Below, in pieces: positions 1 through 7,906 of a stretch of 26,941 bases of DNA. Position 1 is the first letter of the stretch, and the number at the start of each line of letters is the position of its first letter. A program made the position numbers and the translations under genes. The notes under the pieces were generated by a model. The model was not told where the DNA came from and searched no databases. It worked only from the letters and a program-made list of their open reading frames with translations. The stretch is from Nanohaloarchaea archaeon B1-Br10_U2g21. Lineage in GTDB: Archaea; Nanohalarchaeota; Nanosalinia; Nanosalinales; Nanosalinaceae. The DNA lies in assembly GCA_001563915.1 (NCBI GenBank), contig LKMP01000012.1, forward strand, positions 1 to 26,941, given 5' to 3'.

Positions 1-46
1 GAATATACTAGAAAGACTTAAACACCAAGAAACCAAATTTTAGTCA

Positions 47-592
47 ATGAGTCAACAAGAGATGACTGTTGAACTCTTCGGACGCCAGACTAACTTTGAA
101 TACTCAGAGACCTGGCTAGGTTATTCCATTCTAGGCCTCAGAGTTCTCGTGGCTTGGGTCTTCATTCAAGGAGGATTAGAAAAGATTCTTGGAGACTTTA
201 CATCAGTACACTTCCTTGAAGGAGTTGAGGAATCAAACCCGTTCTTTGAACTGTTCCAGTTCTTTGCAGCACATCCAGAACTAATTGATCCTCTAGTGAT
301 GTATGGCCAATTATTGATAGGTCTTGCACTGCTTTTAGGACTTGCTTTCAGATTTGCAGCCGCTATGGGAGGTCTTCAAATGACCTTATTCTGGTTAGCA
401 AGCTTTGAAGCAGGATTTATGGCAGGATTGCCAGTAGAACATGGATTTGTAGTAACTGAAACCCTTGTGTATGTAGTCTTATTATTTGGACTAGGCGCTT
501 GGGGCGCAGGCAGAATCCTAGGTCTGGATTCAAGACTGGAAGAAGAGGAGTTCGTGCAAAACAATTCCTGGCTGAAATACTTGCTGGGATAA
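47..592 (+). CDS. DoxX/DoxD-family membrane protein (haloarchaeal type)
   Basis: LRVLVAWVFIQGGLEK helix, GQLLIGLALLLGLAFRFAA, and C-terminal GAGRILGLD, all typical of DoxX; about 4 TM segments. Confidence 0.85.
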   Translation: MSQQEMTVELFGRQTNFEYSETWLGYSILGLRVLVAWVFIQGGLEKILGDFTSVHFLEGVEESNPFFELFQFFAAHPELIDPLVMYGQLLIGLALLLGLAFRFAAAMGGLQMTLFWLASFEAGFMAGLPVEHGFVVTETLVYVVLLFGLGAWGAGRILGLDSRLEEEEFVQNNSWLKYLLG

Positions 593-639
593 AAAAGGGA
601 AACCTTAACAAATATCTCTTTCTTATTTTTTCTTTATCT

Positions 640-1035
640 ATGCAGAACTCCCAAAAAATTCTATCAGCTTTAGAGTCAGGCCCTACAAGTTTTTCAAATC
701 TTAAGAATCGTACCGGCCTCGCTAACGGCGTTCTTCAGTACCATATTAACAATTCTGAAAAAATCAGCAAAAATAATGGTGCCGTTATGCTTTCTAAGGA
801 GTGCGATACTTGTGAAATAAAATCTCTTTGCAAAGATCATTGTATTAGAAGTGAGTTGAATAAAGAGAGAAAGAGAGACGTACTCACATTGAAACATGAA
901 AATTTCTCGCAAGCCGAGATAGCAGAAAAACTTGGAATCTCAAGACCTACTGTGAACTACCATATTAGAGATTTGGAAGATAAAGGTCTTTTGACTCATA
1001 AAGGCGTGCAAAAAAAAGTTTTAGAAGTCTTATAA
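640..1035 (+). CDS. Tandem winged-helix transcriptional regulator with central CX2CX5CX3C motif
   Basis: First wHTH (SFSNLKNRTGLANGVLQYH), linker CDTCEIKSLCKDHC, second wHTH (SQAEIAEKLGISRPTVNYHIRDLEDKGL). Start moved to ATG 640 because the 499 start overlaps doxX by 94 nt. Confidence 0.8.
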   Translation: MQNSQKILSALESGPTSFSNLKNRTGLANGVLQYHINNSEKISKNNGAVMLSKECDTCEIKSLCKDHCIRSELNKERKRDVLTLKHENFSQAEIAEKLGISRPTVNYHIRDLEDKGLLTHKGVQKKVLEVL

Positions 1036-2148
1036 TGCTGATATACTCCTCATAACCTTTAAAAACGCCTCAACATCTCTTTTTGAATTATACAAATGCA
1101 AAGAGACTCTTAATGTACTATCAAAGTCTTTATTCTTGAACCACGGATGCACACAGTGCTGTCCTGATCTCACTTTGATCCCTTTAAGATCCATTATTTC
1201 TGCAGCCTCATTAGAAGACATAGATTCAGGCACGACCGATACAATACCAGGCCCTTTGTTAAATATTTTTACATTCATACTCTCTAACTCTGAGACTAAA
1301 TGTACTGTAAGCTCCTCTTCGTGTTCTAAAACCTTCCTCATACCTATAGATTCAAGATAATCTACAGCAGCACCTAATCCTGTGAATCCAGCAATATTCT
1401 TGAGACCTGGTTCAAAACCATGAGGAAAATCTTCTCGAGAGTTAGTGCTTAAACTAGAATCTATCACAGCCCCTCCACCATATTTTAATGGTTCTAATTC
1501 TTCTTGAACTCGTTCCGCAACGTAAAGCCCGCCTGTACCAGTAGGTCCTAACATCTTATGGCCTGAAAAAGCTACAAAGTCAGCATCAATCTCTCTAACC
1601 GAAAAAGGTCCATGAGATATGCTCTGTGCAGCATCTATCAATGTATATGCTTGTTTCTCTCTTGAGATTTTACAGAGAGTTTCAACATCTAAGATTTCTC
1701 CGTCAAGGTTTGAAACATGGAGCACACTAACTAAATCTTTCTCCCCCAAAGTCTTTTCTAAGAACTCTAAATCCAAGTCAGCCATATTTACTGTTTCTAC
1801 ACCTAGCTCCTGCCATACAGCCCTATTTGAATTATGTTCTTTCTCAGTAAGAAAGACTCTCTCAAAATCCAGTCCTTGCGCAACAGTGTTAATTGCTTCA
1901 GTAGTACCAGAAGTAAACATCAACTCAGATTTTGAAGCACCTATAAACGAGGCAATCTTTGCTCTCGCGTTTTCAAGTTCTTGTTCCGCTCTTCTTGATA
2001 TAGAATGCCCGCTTCTTCCAGAACATCCAGAATAATCCGTATAATAGTCTTGAACTTTTTCGATCACCCTCTGAGGCCTGAAAGACATACAAGCACTGTC
2101 AAGATACACGAGTTCATCATTTAAACAGGGAAAATCCTTCTCATTCAT
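1030..2148 (-). CDS. sufS: Class V PLP aminotransferase / group II cysteine desulfurase (SufS-like)
   Basis: VYLDSA, FTSGTTEAIN, EHNSN, DAAQS, PLP-lysine FSGHKMLGPTG, catalytic loop RSGQHC. ATG 2148 gives an ATGA overlap with the upstream gene; GTG 2160 is the alternative start. Confidence 0.85.
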   Translation of the reverse strand: MNEKDFPCLNDELVYLDSACMSFRPQRVIEKVQDYYTDYSGCSGRSGHSISRRAEQELENARAKIASFIGASKSELMFTSGTTEAINTVAQGLDFERVFLTEKEHNSNRAVWQELGVETVNMADLDLEFLEKTLGEKDLVSVLHVSNLDGEILDVETLCKISREKQAYTLIDAAQSISHGPFSVREIDADFVAFSGHKMLGPTGTGGLYVAERVQEELEPLKYGGGAVIDSSLSTNSREDFPHGFEPGLKNIAGFTGLGAAVDYLESIGMRKVLEHEEELTVHLVSELESMNVKIFNKGPGIVSVVPESMSSNEAAEIMDLKGIKVRSGQHCVHPWFKNKDFDSTLRVSLHLYNSKRDVEAFLKVMRSISAL

Positions 2149-2504
2149 CCTCTTAACCACCTTAGCCCGTCTTCAATACTACAGCCATTAACAGGATCGC
2201 AACTTCCGTATACCAGTATATTATATACGCCTTCTAAAGTGAATACAAACATTAAAGCCATTAAAACAAATACTAGCCAGTTCAAAAGCTCAAAATGATT
2301 ATTAACTGCTTTTGCGAGCCTAGTATCTATCCTCATAGCTTTCTCCACACACCACGCCCTATATTTTTCATCAAACCTGCTTTCGCAAGGTTTAGCCGAA
2401 GCTCTACTCTTAATACATTCTAAAGCCTCTAACGTATAACTTCTATATTTAGCAGAGAATATGGCCAAGAACGCAAATAAAGCAAAGCCGACAAAGCAAA
2501 TCAT
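2145..2504 (-). CDS. Small Cys-containing membrane protein, function unknown
   Basis: Two hydrophobic segments and several Cys (MICF.., LECI, KPCE, AWCV, GSCDPVNGC). ATG 2504 is preferred over TTG 2531. Translationally coupled to the sufS-like gene. Confidence 0.65.
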   Translation of the reverse strand: MICFVGFALFAFLAIFSAKYRSYTLEALECIKSRASAKPCESRFDEKYRAWCVEKAMRIDTRLAKAVNNHFELLNWLVFVLMALMFVFTLEGVYNILVYGSCDPVNGCSIEDGLRWLRG

Positions 2505-2590
2505 ACCCTCAACTTCTACAAGATTAGTCAAAAGACTACTGGTAAAGTCTTCTAACCAGTTTATTTCAATAATAAAACCTAACTACCGTT

Positions 2591-3538
2591 ATGGAAGTAG
2601 CATGGTTCGATCATCAAAAATGGGAGGACATAAGCGAATTCAAAACTTTTGAACAGCCCTTAAACACAGAAAACTACAAAGACATAGACGCAGACGTAAT
2701 CTCGATTTTTGCCTCTTCAAACGTATCTGCCGAGATATTAGAAGAAATCAGGCCCAAAATAGTTGTAACTAGATCCACAGGCTTTGACCATATTGATTTA
2801 GAAAAAGCAGAGGAACTAGAGATAGAAGTTTACAACGTACCCCACTACGGATCTAATACCGTTGCAGAACATGCATTTGCCTTATTACTCGCATTATCAA
2901 AAAAAATACCTCAGGCTGAAGACAAAACACATCATGAATTCGCTCATGACGGCTTAGAAGGCTTTGAACTCAAAAACAAAAAAATTGGTGTTATTGGAAC
3001 TGGAGAAATAGGTCAAAAAGCCATAAAAATGGCAAAAGGGTTTGAAATGGATGTTATAGCTTACGATCCCTATGAAAGAAAGGAGTTAGAAGAAGATCTA
3101 GGCTTTATGTATGTCACTTTAGATCATCTAGTTCAAAAAAGCGATATAATCTCCCTACATTGTCCTTTAACCGAGGATAACCATTATCTACTATCAGAAG
3201 ATGAGTTCTGTCAGATGAACGAAACAGTGATAATTAACACTGCTCGCGGAGGCCTAATTAAGTCAGAAGCCCTTTTAGAGGCATTAGAAAATGATTCAGT
3301 AAGTTATGCTGGTCTAGATGTACTAGAACTCGAAGATGAGATGAGAGCCATAGAGGACTTCTCCAAAGAGACAGAGTTCTGCTGTAAAGAGTTTCAGGCA
3401 AACTGTGAACTAATTGAAAGAGAAGATGTTATTGTCACACCTCATAGCGCCTTTAATACAAGAGAAGCTAAGCAGAGAATACTTGAAACTTCTTTAAAGA
3501 ATATAGAAAAGAGGCCGGAAGAGAATCGAGTAGTTTAG
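2591..3538 (+). CDS. D-isomer-specific 2-hydroxyacid dehydrogenase (D-lactate dehydrogenase-like)
   Basis: RSTGFDHID, NVPHYG, VAEHA, Rossmann GVIGTGEIG..YDPY, INTARG, catalytic TPHSAF. Confidence 0.9.
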   Translation: MEVAWFDHQKWEDISEFKTFEQPLNTENYKDIDADVISIFASSNVSAEILEEIRPKIVVTRSTGFDHIDLEKAEELEIEVYNVPHYGSNTVAEHAFALLLALSKKIPQAEDKTHHEFAHDGLEGFELKNKKIGVIGTGEIGQKAIKMAKGFEMDVIAYDPYERKELEEDLGFMYVTLDHLVQKSDIISLHCPLTEDNHYLLSEDEFCQMNETVIINTARGGLIKSEALLEALENDSVSYAGLDVLELEDEMRAIEDFSKETEFCCKEFQANCELIEREDVIVTPHSAFNTREAKQRILETSLKNIEKRPEENRVV

Positions 3539-4926
3539 GCGTCTTCTACTCTGACGGGTTCTCTGTCCTGCCTAGTTGCAACATATGCTAGCCCTATCAA
3601 TACCAGTAGCCCTAGTAATAATAGCGGCCAGAATTCTGATACTGCTTCTGTGAACTGGCCAGCTAAGTCATCTTCAGGCTCTATGGGATCCTCTGGCTCC
3701 GGTTCAGGTTCAGGCTCTGGTTCTGGCTCCGGTTCAGGTTCAACTGTAATATTCCCTGTCTCTTCATCGTCTTCAGTGAAGACTCCGTGTACAAACTCTC
3801 CAGTTTCTAAATTACTTGTATCAATTGCTTCAAAAGTGATGTTTTCCTCTGATCCAGATTCGATTGTGGTATTTTGATCTTCTATTATTTCTCCGTCAAC
3901 CTGAAATTCTATGGTTTGGTTGCCTTCTTCTTCACCCACGTTTGTGATTGTTGCAGATACATCGATTAAATCGCCCTGTGTTACTGTTACGTTTTCAGGA
4001 TTAAGGTTGCTTACTTCAAAGAAAACTTCTTCTTGCTCTAGATCATCTATAACGTGTACATCATTACCATTTTCGTCTATTTCGTTATCATTGTCATTGT
4101 TATTTTCTTCTTCTGGTTCTTCTTCAACATCTTCTGTTGCGTATAATGTGTATACTGAGAAACTTTCTGCCTCGCCTGTAACAAAGTCATCTCCAGTCTC
4201 AGTAGTTACATCAGTCCATTCTTCTGCTTCTTCATCAAAATAATACATTTCAACGGCATGCTCATCAAATTCTTCTACTTCATCCTCTTCGTAAAATATT
4301 GTGACTGTGCCGCTTGCGTCATTGTCTACAATTACCTCTACGCCTCTTACAAATTCTCCAGGACCTTCAACATCTATACCTAGGGTTTCAAGCTTTTCCA
4401 CATCATCTATTTGATTTATGCTCGGGAATACTTCCGCATCTGAAATAACTTCGACTTCAGTCATCTCAGTATTCAAGGTCTGAATGAAAGGATTTTCTAG
4501 GTCATTAAATTCATAGGTCCACATATCGATCTCATAATCTCCCGTCCACAAATCAGCGTCAGAATCTACACCTAACTGGTCTATGCTTGAATCAAAGCCG
4601 TCCACTTCGCAAATATAGGTAGTATAATGATCTTCCTCCTCTATAGGTGTACACTCTGCATTACCAAAAGGTTCAGAAATATCTTCATCCTCAGATACGT
4701 TTATCCATACTCCTTGTGATGACATATCTTCTTGTAGTTCGGAATCCTCTCCTAACAACTCCTGCATAGGATAGTCTTCTCCTAACATTCCTGAGGCCTC
4801 TTCTTCAATAGTTGGAGGCTCAGCTCCTGCGAGACTTATTCCTATACCTATTATCAATATTGAAACTATTGCTGCCTGTTTCTTTAAATCCAACCTAACC
4901 ACCATACCATTGATGTATGAAACCAT
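3535..4926 (-). CDS. Acidic membrane-anchored surface protein: acceptor-like domain, PGF-pre-PGF-like domain, CARDB/Ig domain, PE stalk, C-terminal TM
   Basis: Signal peptide ending SLAGA; YYFDEEAEEW...AESFSVY; CARDB-like VSNLNP..GDLIDVSATITNVGEEEG..FQVDG; E(PE)8; TM FWPLLLLGLLVLIGLAYVA followed by a charged tail. Confidence 0.8.
   Translation of the reverse strand: MVSYINGMVVRLDLKKQAAIVSILIIGIGISLAGAEPPTIEEEASGMLGEDYPMQELLGEDSELQEDMSSQGVWINVSEDEDISEPFGNAECTPIEEEDHYTTYICEVDGFDSSIDQLGVDSDADLWTGDYEIDMWTYEFNDLENPFIQTLNTEMTEVEVISDAEVFPSINQIDDVEKLETLGIDVEGPGEFVRGVEVIVDNDASGTVTIFYEEDEVEEFDEHAVEMYYFDEEAEEWTDVTTETGDDFVTGEAESFSVYTLYATEDVEEEPEEENNNDNDNEIDENGNDVHVIDDLEQEEVFFEVSNLNPENVTVTQGDLIDVSATITNVGEEEGNQTIEFQVDGEIIEDQNTTIESGSEENITFEAIDTSNLETGEFVHGVFTEDDEETGNITVEPEPEPEPEPEPEPEPEDPIEPEDDLAGQFTEAVSEFWPLLLLGLLVLIGLAYVATRQDREPVRVEDA
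3691..3741 (-). repeat. Coding hexamer repeat encoding E(PE)8
   Basis: Degenerate ggttca/ggctct/ggctcc units; the 21-mer tctggctccggttcaggttca occurs at 3692 and 3722. Confidence 0.9.
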
Positions 4927-5066
4927 TCTTTTATCTCTTGCGACTAAACACTGAATAAGGACATATACATAGGATTATGCTGAAATAAAGTGTAATAAAG
5001 AGCTAAAAATAATGTAAAAGTATAGATATGTTTTTCAATACAATTCTTAGAACCGGAAAAAATTCC

Positions 5067-6170
5067 TTACTCTCTACCCAACAAATCTAAGATATCTTCT
5101 CGCCTTAAGTAAGCAAAACCTGCTGTAGCCAGCAAAATAAATACATACCAGTAACTTGAAGCTGTAGCAGCAGCCTGACCGGTTAGACCCTGAGCATCTG
5201 CATCTTCTGGCACTTCAGGCTCTCCAAGATCAACTCCCTCTTCTTCATCAGTATCTTCTTGATCTTCGTCTTCAGGTTCAGGTTCTGGCTCAGGTTCTGG
5301 TTCAGGCTCAGGTTCTGGATCTTCTTCAGATTCATTGACTTCTGATTCATCTTCAACAGATTCTGAAGGATCACTAGGACCTACCGTCGACGGAGTATGT
5401 TCTTGAGCAAAGGCCGCGTAAACTGAGAAATGATCTACTTCCGCTTCAACATAGTCATCACCAGCCTCAGATGCAAGTCCCTCCCATTCGCCAGTTGAAT
5501 CATTGTAGTACCGGACTTCTAATGTATCAGTATCAAGACCTGAAACATCAAACTCATCGAAACCGATACGCACAGTACCCGAAGCTTCAACACCTTCATC
5601 AACGCCTACCTCTATACCGCCTACAAACTCATCAGAGTGGTCGACTCCTACAAAATCAAGCTCAGTAACATCAACACTAGAGTCTTCTGAGGCCTCAACA
5701 GTTACATCACTCTGACCTACAGGAACATTTGTCGGAACATTTGCTTCAGCATTTTCAGAAGCAGTTTCAGACCCAAGGCCTACGCGACTCAAAAGTCCTA
5801 ACTCAAAATCATAGGTTTCAGCTCTCAAGTTAGTAGCCGAATCAATATTAAGAGATGCTTCATACTCTCCCTGCTCAAATTCGCCTAAATCACAGATATA
5901 GGCCTCATCCATAAACCCGCATTTTTCTCCCTCTACTCCAACACTAAAAGCCTCTTCAGGCACTTCAAACTCATCATTTGAAACGTTCAATTCTAAGAAT
6001 ACCGGCACTTCTCTGTCAGGAGTGACCTCAAAATCAGCACCGAGTTCAAAACTTTCTCCGCCAGTAAATTCTTCAGAAAACTCTGAATCACCAGTAAATC
6101 CTACAGGCTGACCTAATGCAAGGCCTGAAAATCCTAAAATCACCGCTAAAACCAGTAATTGTTTCCTCAT
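5067..6170 (-). CDS. Acidic membrane-anchored surface protein, paralog of 3535-4926 without the CARDB domain
   Basis: Signal MRKQLLVLAVILGFSGLALG; YYNDSTGEW...VDHFSVY; (PE)8 and acidic stalk; TM YWYVFILLATAGFAYL followed by RR. ATGA overlap with the upstream gene. Confidence 0.8.
   Translation of the reverse strand: MRKQLLVLAVILGFSGLALGQPVGFTGDSEFSEEFTGGESFELGADFEVTPDREVPVFLELNVSNDEFEVPEEAFSVGVEGEKCGFMDEAYICDLGEFEQGEYEASLNIDSATNLRAETYDFELGLLSRVGLGSETASENAEANVPTNVPVGQSDVTVEASEDSSVDVTELDFVGVDHSDEFVGGIEVGVDEGVEASGTVRIGFDEFDVSGLDTDTLEVRYYNDSTGEWEGLASEAGDDYVEAEVDHFSVYAAFAQEHTPSTVGPSDPSESVEDESEVNESEEDPEPEPEPEPEPEPEPEDEDQEDTDEEEGVDLGEPEVPEDADAQGLTGQAAATASSYWYVFILLATAGFAYLRREDILDLLGRE
5271..5318 (-). 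repeat. Coding hexamer repeat encoding (PE)8
   Basis: Degenerate ttcagg/ttctgg/ctcagg hexamers. Confidence 0.9.
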
Positions 6171-6712
6171 GGCGCACTCACCTCAACTCTCGTATCTCCA
6201 TATCTTTGAAGAGTCAGATCTTCGCCTGAATCTGACTTAACTGTGTATTCAAAACGTTCCACAATTTTCCCACCAACATCAAGCTCGCAACCTTTAACAC
6301 TCTCTTGATTCTCTACACCATTACTTGTTTCTTCTTTCCCAACGTCCTCAACCACATCTTCACAACTATCAATTGCCTCTCCTTCACTATCAAAAGCCTT
6401 AAAATTGAATAAAACGTCCGCATTTTCGTCTTCGTCTTTATCAGTAGCTACATTCGCAAACATGCCTATTTCGGCATCATACCAATCTCCACTGTTATCG
6501 ACAACATACTCAAATGTAGTGCCGCCAGCCGTACTTCCTCCTTGTTCCTCTAGATAAAGCTCTTCTCCGGATCCTGCCCAAAACGTAGGACCTTCAACCT
6601 CCGTGACTCCGCTAATACTTCCGAAACTATCTAGAACTGTCGCGGAAACCATACCTACTAGTATGAAGAATCCAAGGATTCCAACCACTGCGATTTTCTC
6701 AAATACATTCAT
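6167..6712 (-). CDS. Secreted beta-rich acidic protein, putative minor or tip filament subunit
   Basis: Signal peptide ending VSA, then TVLDSFGSISGVTEV, which resembles the mature N-terminus of 6786-7889. One Cys pair and no C-terminal anchor. The function is inferred. Confidence 0.7.
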   Translation of the reverse strand: MNVFEKIAVVGILGFFILVGMVSATVLDSFGSISGVTEVEGPTFWAGSGEELYLEEQGGSTAGGTTFEYVVDNSGDWYDAEIGMFANVATDKDEDENADVLFNFKAFDSEGEAIDSCEDVVEDVGKEETSNGVENQESVKGCELDVGGKIVERFEYTVKSDSGEDLTLQRYGDTRVEVSAP

Positions 6713-6722
6713 ACGTGTATAA

Positions 6723-6776
6723 CAGACCTAACCGATCAGGTTAAAGGTCTGCTGTACCTTCCCCTATAAAATAGGG
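6723..6776 (-). terminator. Two tandem stem-loops between the putative major and minor subunit genes (partial terminator or mRNA stabiliser)
   Basis: cagacct-aacc-gatca-ggtt-aa-aggtctg (6723-6751) and ccctat-aaa-ataggg (6762-6776). Confidence 0.55.
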
Positions 6777-6785
6777 CTAAGAGGA

Positions 6786-7889
6786 TTATTCTTTAGGATG
6801 AACTCCTAAATCGAATCCATAATCCCCCGGATACGCTGCAAGCTTGAAGTCAATAACTGTGCCGAACTCTGAATCGCCAGAAGGAACAGTCACTTCTTCA
6901 TCTTCTGCAAAGTTGACAGGAGTCATCAGTGACTCTCCATCAAGTTTGAAATCAGTGTAGAATACTTCAAAAACTTGATCGTCTCCATCATTCTCCGTTC
7001 CTGTTGCTGTACCAGCATGGTAAATTTTAGCTCCTTCTACATCGTCACTATCATACTCATACCTTTCTGCATTACCATCTTCGTCATCCTCTCTAGCAAA
7101 TTCGTAGTCTTCTTTCTGTTTAGCAGAGTCATAGTTAGTGATCTTCAGAAGTGCAGCATCGTTCCCTTCAAATTTCTGACCTTCCCAAGTTACTGTGTCT
7201 TCACTGACAGTCGCATCTATGAGCATATAATGACCTTCATCCAGCTCACTATCTTCTTCTGTGACTTCAATGACTAGATATACCCAGTCAGGGTTTGTCT
7301 GACTGTGTTTGTTACCTTCTTTTCCTTTAACAGTCACTTCTGTTTCTCCTTCCTCAAGAGTTCCATCTACATCAAACCATACTCCTGCTGAGATTTCGCC
7401 ATCTTCTCCTTGCTCTTCTGCGTAAGCTCTAACTGCTGGCTGGTCGTCATGTAATGCATATTCTACTTCAGCAATACCCTCTCCTGGAGCTTCAGCGAAT
7501 GTAACGCCATTTTCTATGAGAAGATGTTCTGCCATGTACGCATCTCCAGAATCAACATATTCATCATCTGAATCACCTGGAGTATTACTTACTTGGCCAT
7601 CAAAGTATACTTCTTGTTCAGTCCCCAGATTGTTCTGGATTGTGTTGACATCTGTTACTGATTCTCCTGCTACAACTCCTGAAAAGCTCCAATCTTGCTC
7701 AAATGATTCTTCATTTGCATCTTCGCTATTAACAGTGATTGATTGATCCACATTTGCATCGCCAGTCACTGTACCAAAGCTTGAGAGTAGTGCTGCGCTT
7801 GCTCCTGCTGTTAGGAGTAGGCCTGTGATTAGGAGTACTGATACACTTCTTCCTAGGATTTCTACTTCGTGTGTTAGTTTGTCTTTCAT
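6786..7889 (-). CDS. Secreted beta-rich acidic protein, putative major filament subunit (TasA/CalY-like pattern)
   Basis: Signal peptide ending ASA; mature N-terminus ALLSSFGTVTGDANV; GVVAGES..TIQNNLG; C-terminal YPGDYGFDLGVHP; no TM anchor; perfect SD upstream. Confidence 0.75.
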   Translation of the reverse strand: MKDKLTHEVEILGRSVSVLLITGLLLTAGASAALLSSFGTVTGDANVDQSITVNSEDANEESFEQDWSFSGVVAGESVTDVNTIQNNLGTEQEVYFDGQVSNTPGDSDDEYVDSGDAYMAEHLLIENGVTFAEAPGEGIAEVEYALHDDQPAVRAYAEEQGEDGEISAGVWFDVDGTLEEGETEVTVKGKEGNKHSQTNPDWVYLVIEVTEEDSELDEGHYMLIDATVSEDTVTWEGQKFEGNDAALLKITNYDSAKQKEDYEFAREDDEDGNAERYEYDSDDVEGAKIYHAGTATGTENDGDDQVFEVFYTDFKLDGESLMTPVNFAEDEEVTVPSGDSEFGTVIDFKLAAYPGDYGFDLGVHPKE

Positions 7890-7898
7890 TTTATTTTT

Positions 7899-7906
7899 TC
7901 ACCTCC
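7899..7906 (-). promoter_or_regulatory. Shine-Dalgarno GGAGGTGA for 6786-7889
   Basis: The plus strand reads tcacctcc, 9 nt from the ATG at 7889. Confidence 0.85.

Noticed and set aside
499-639. Long N-terminal extension of the wHTH regulator
   Set aside because: It overlaps doxX and crosses a T-rich intergenic tract; ATG 640 starts right at the first wHTH.
3650-4243. Plus-strand Ser/Gly-rich ORFs (GSGSGS...)
   Set aside because: Antisense shadows of the PE repeat and acidic codons of 3535-4926.
3691-5318. Hexamer repeats as a CRISPR array or VNTR switch
   Set aside because: No spacers; degenerate at wobble positions and in frame, so they are protein-level PE linkers.
3535-6170. PGF-CTERM/archaeosortase substrates or the main S-layer glycoprotein
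   Set aside because: No PGF tripeptide precedes either TM, and nothing marks them as the dominant S-layer protein.
6167-7889. Type IV pilins/archaellins or a canonical SipW-TasA operon
   Set aside because: No class III cleavage motif with E+5, and no signal peptidase gene in the window. Only the general strand pattern is TasA-like.
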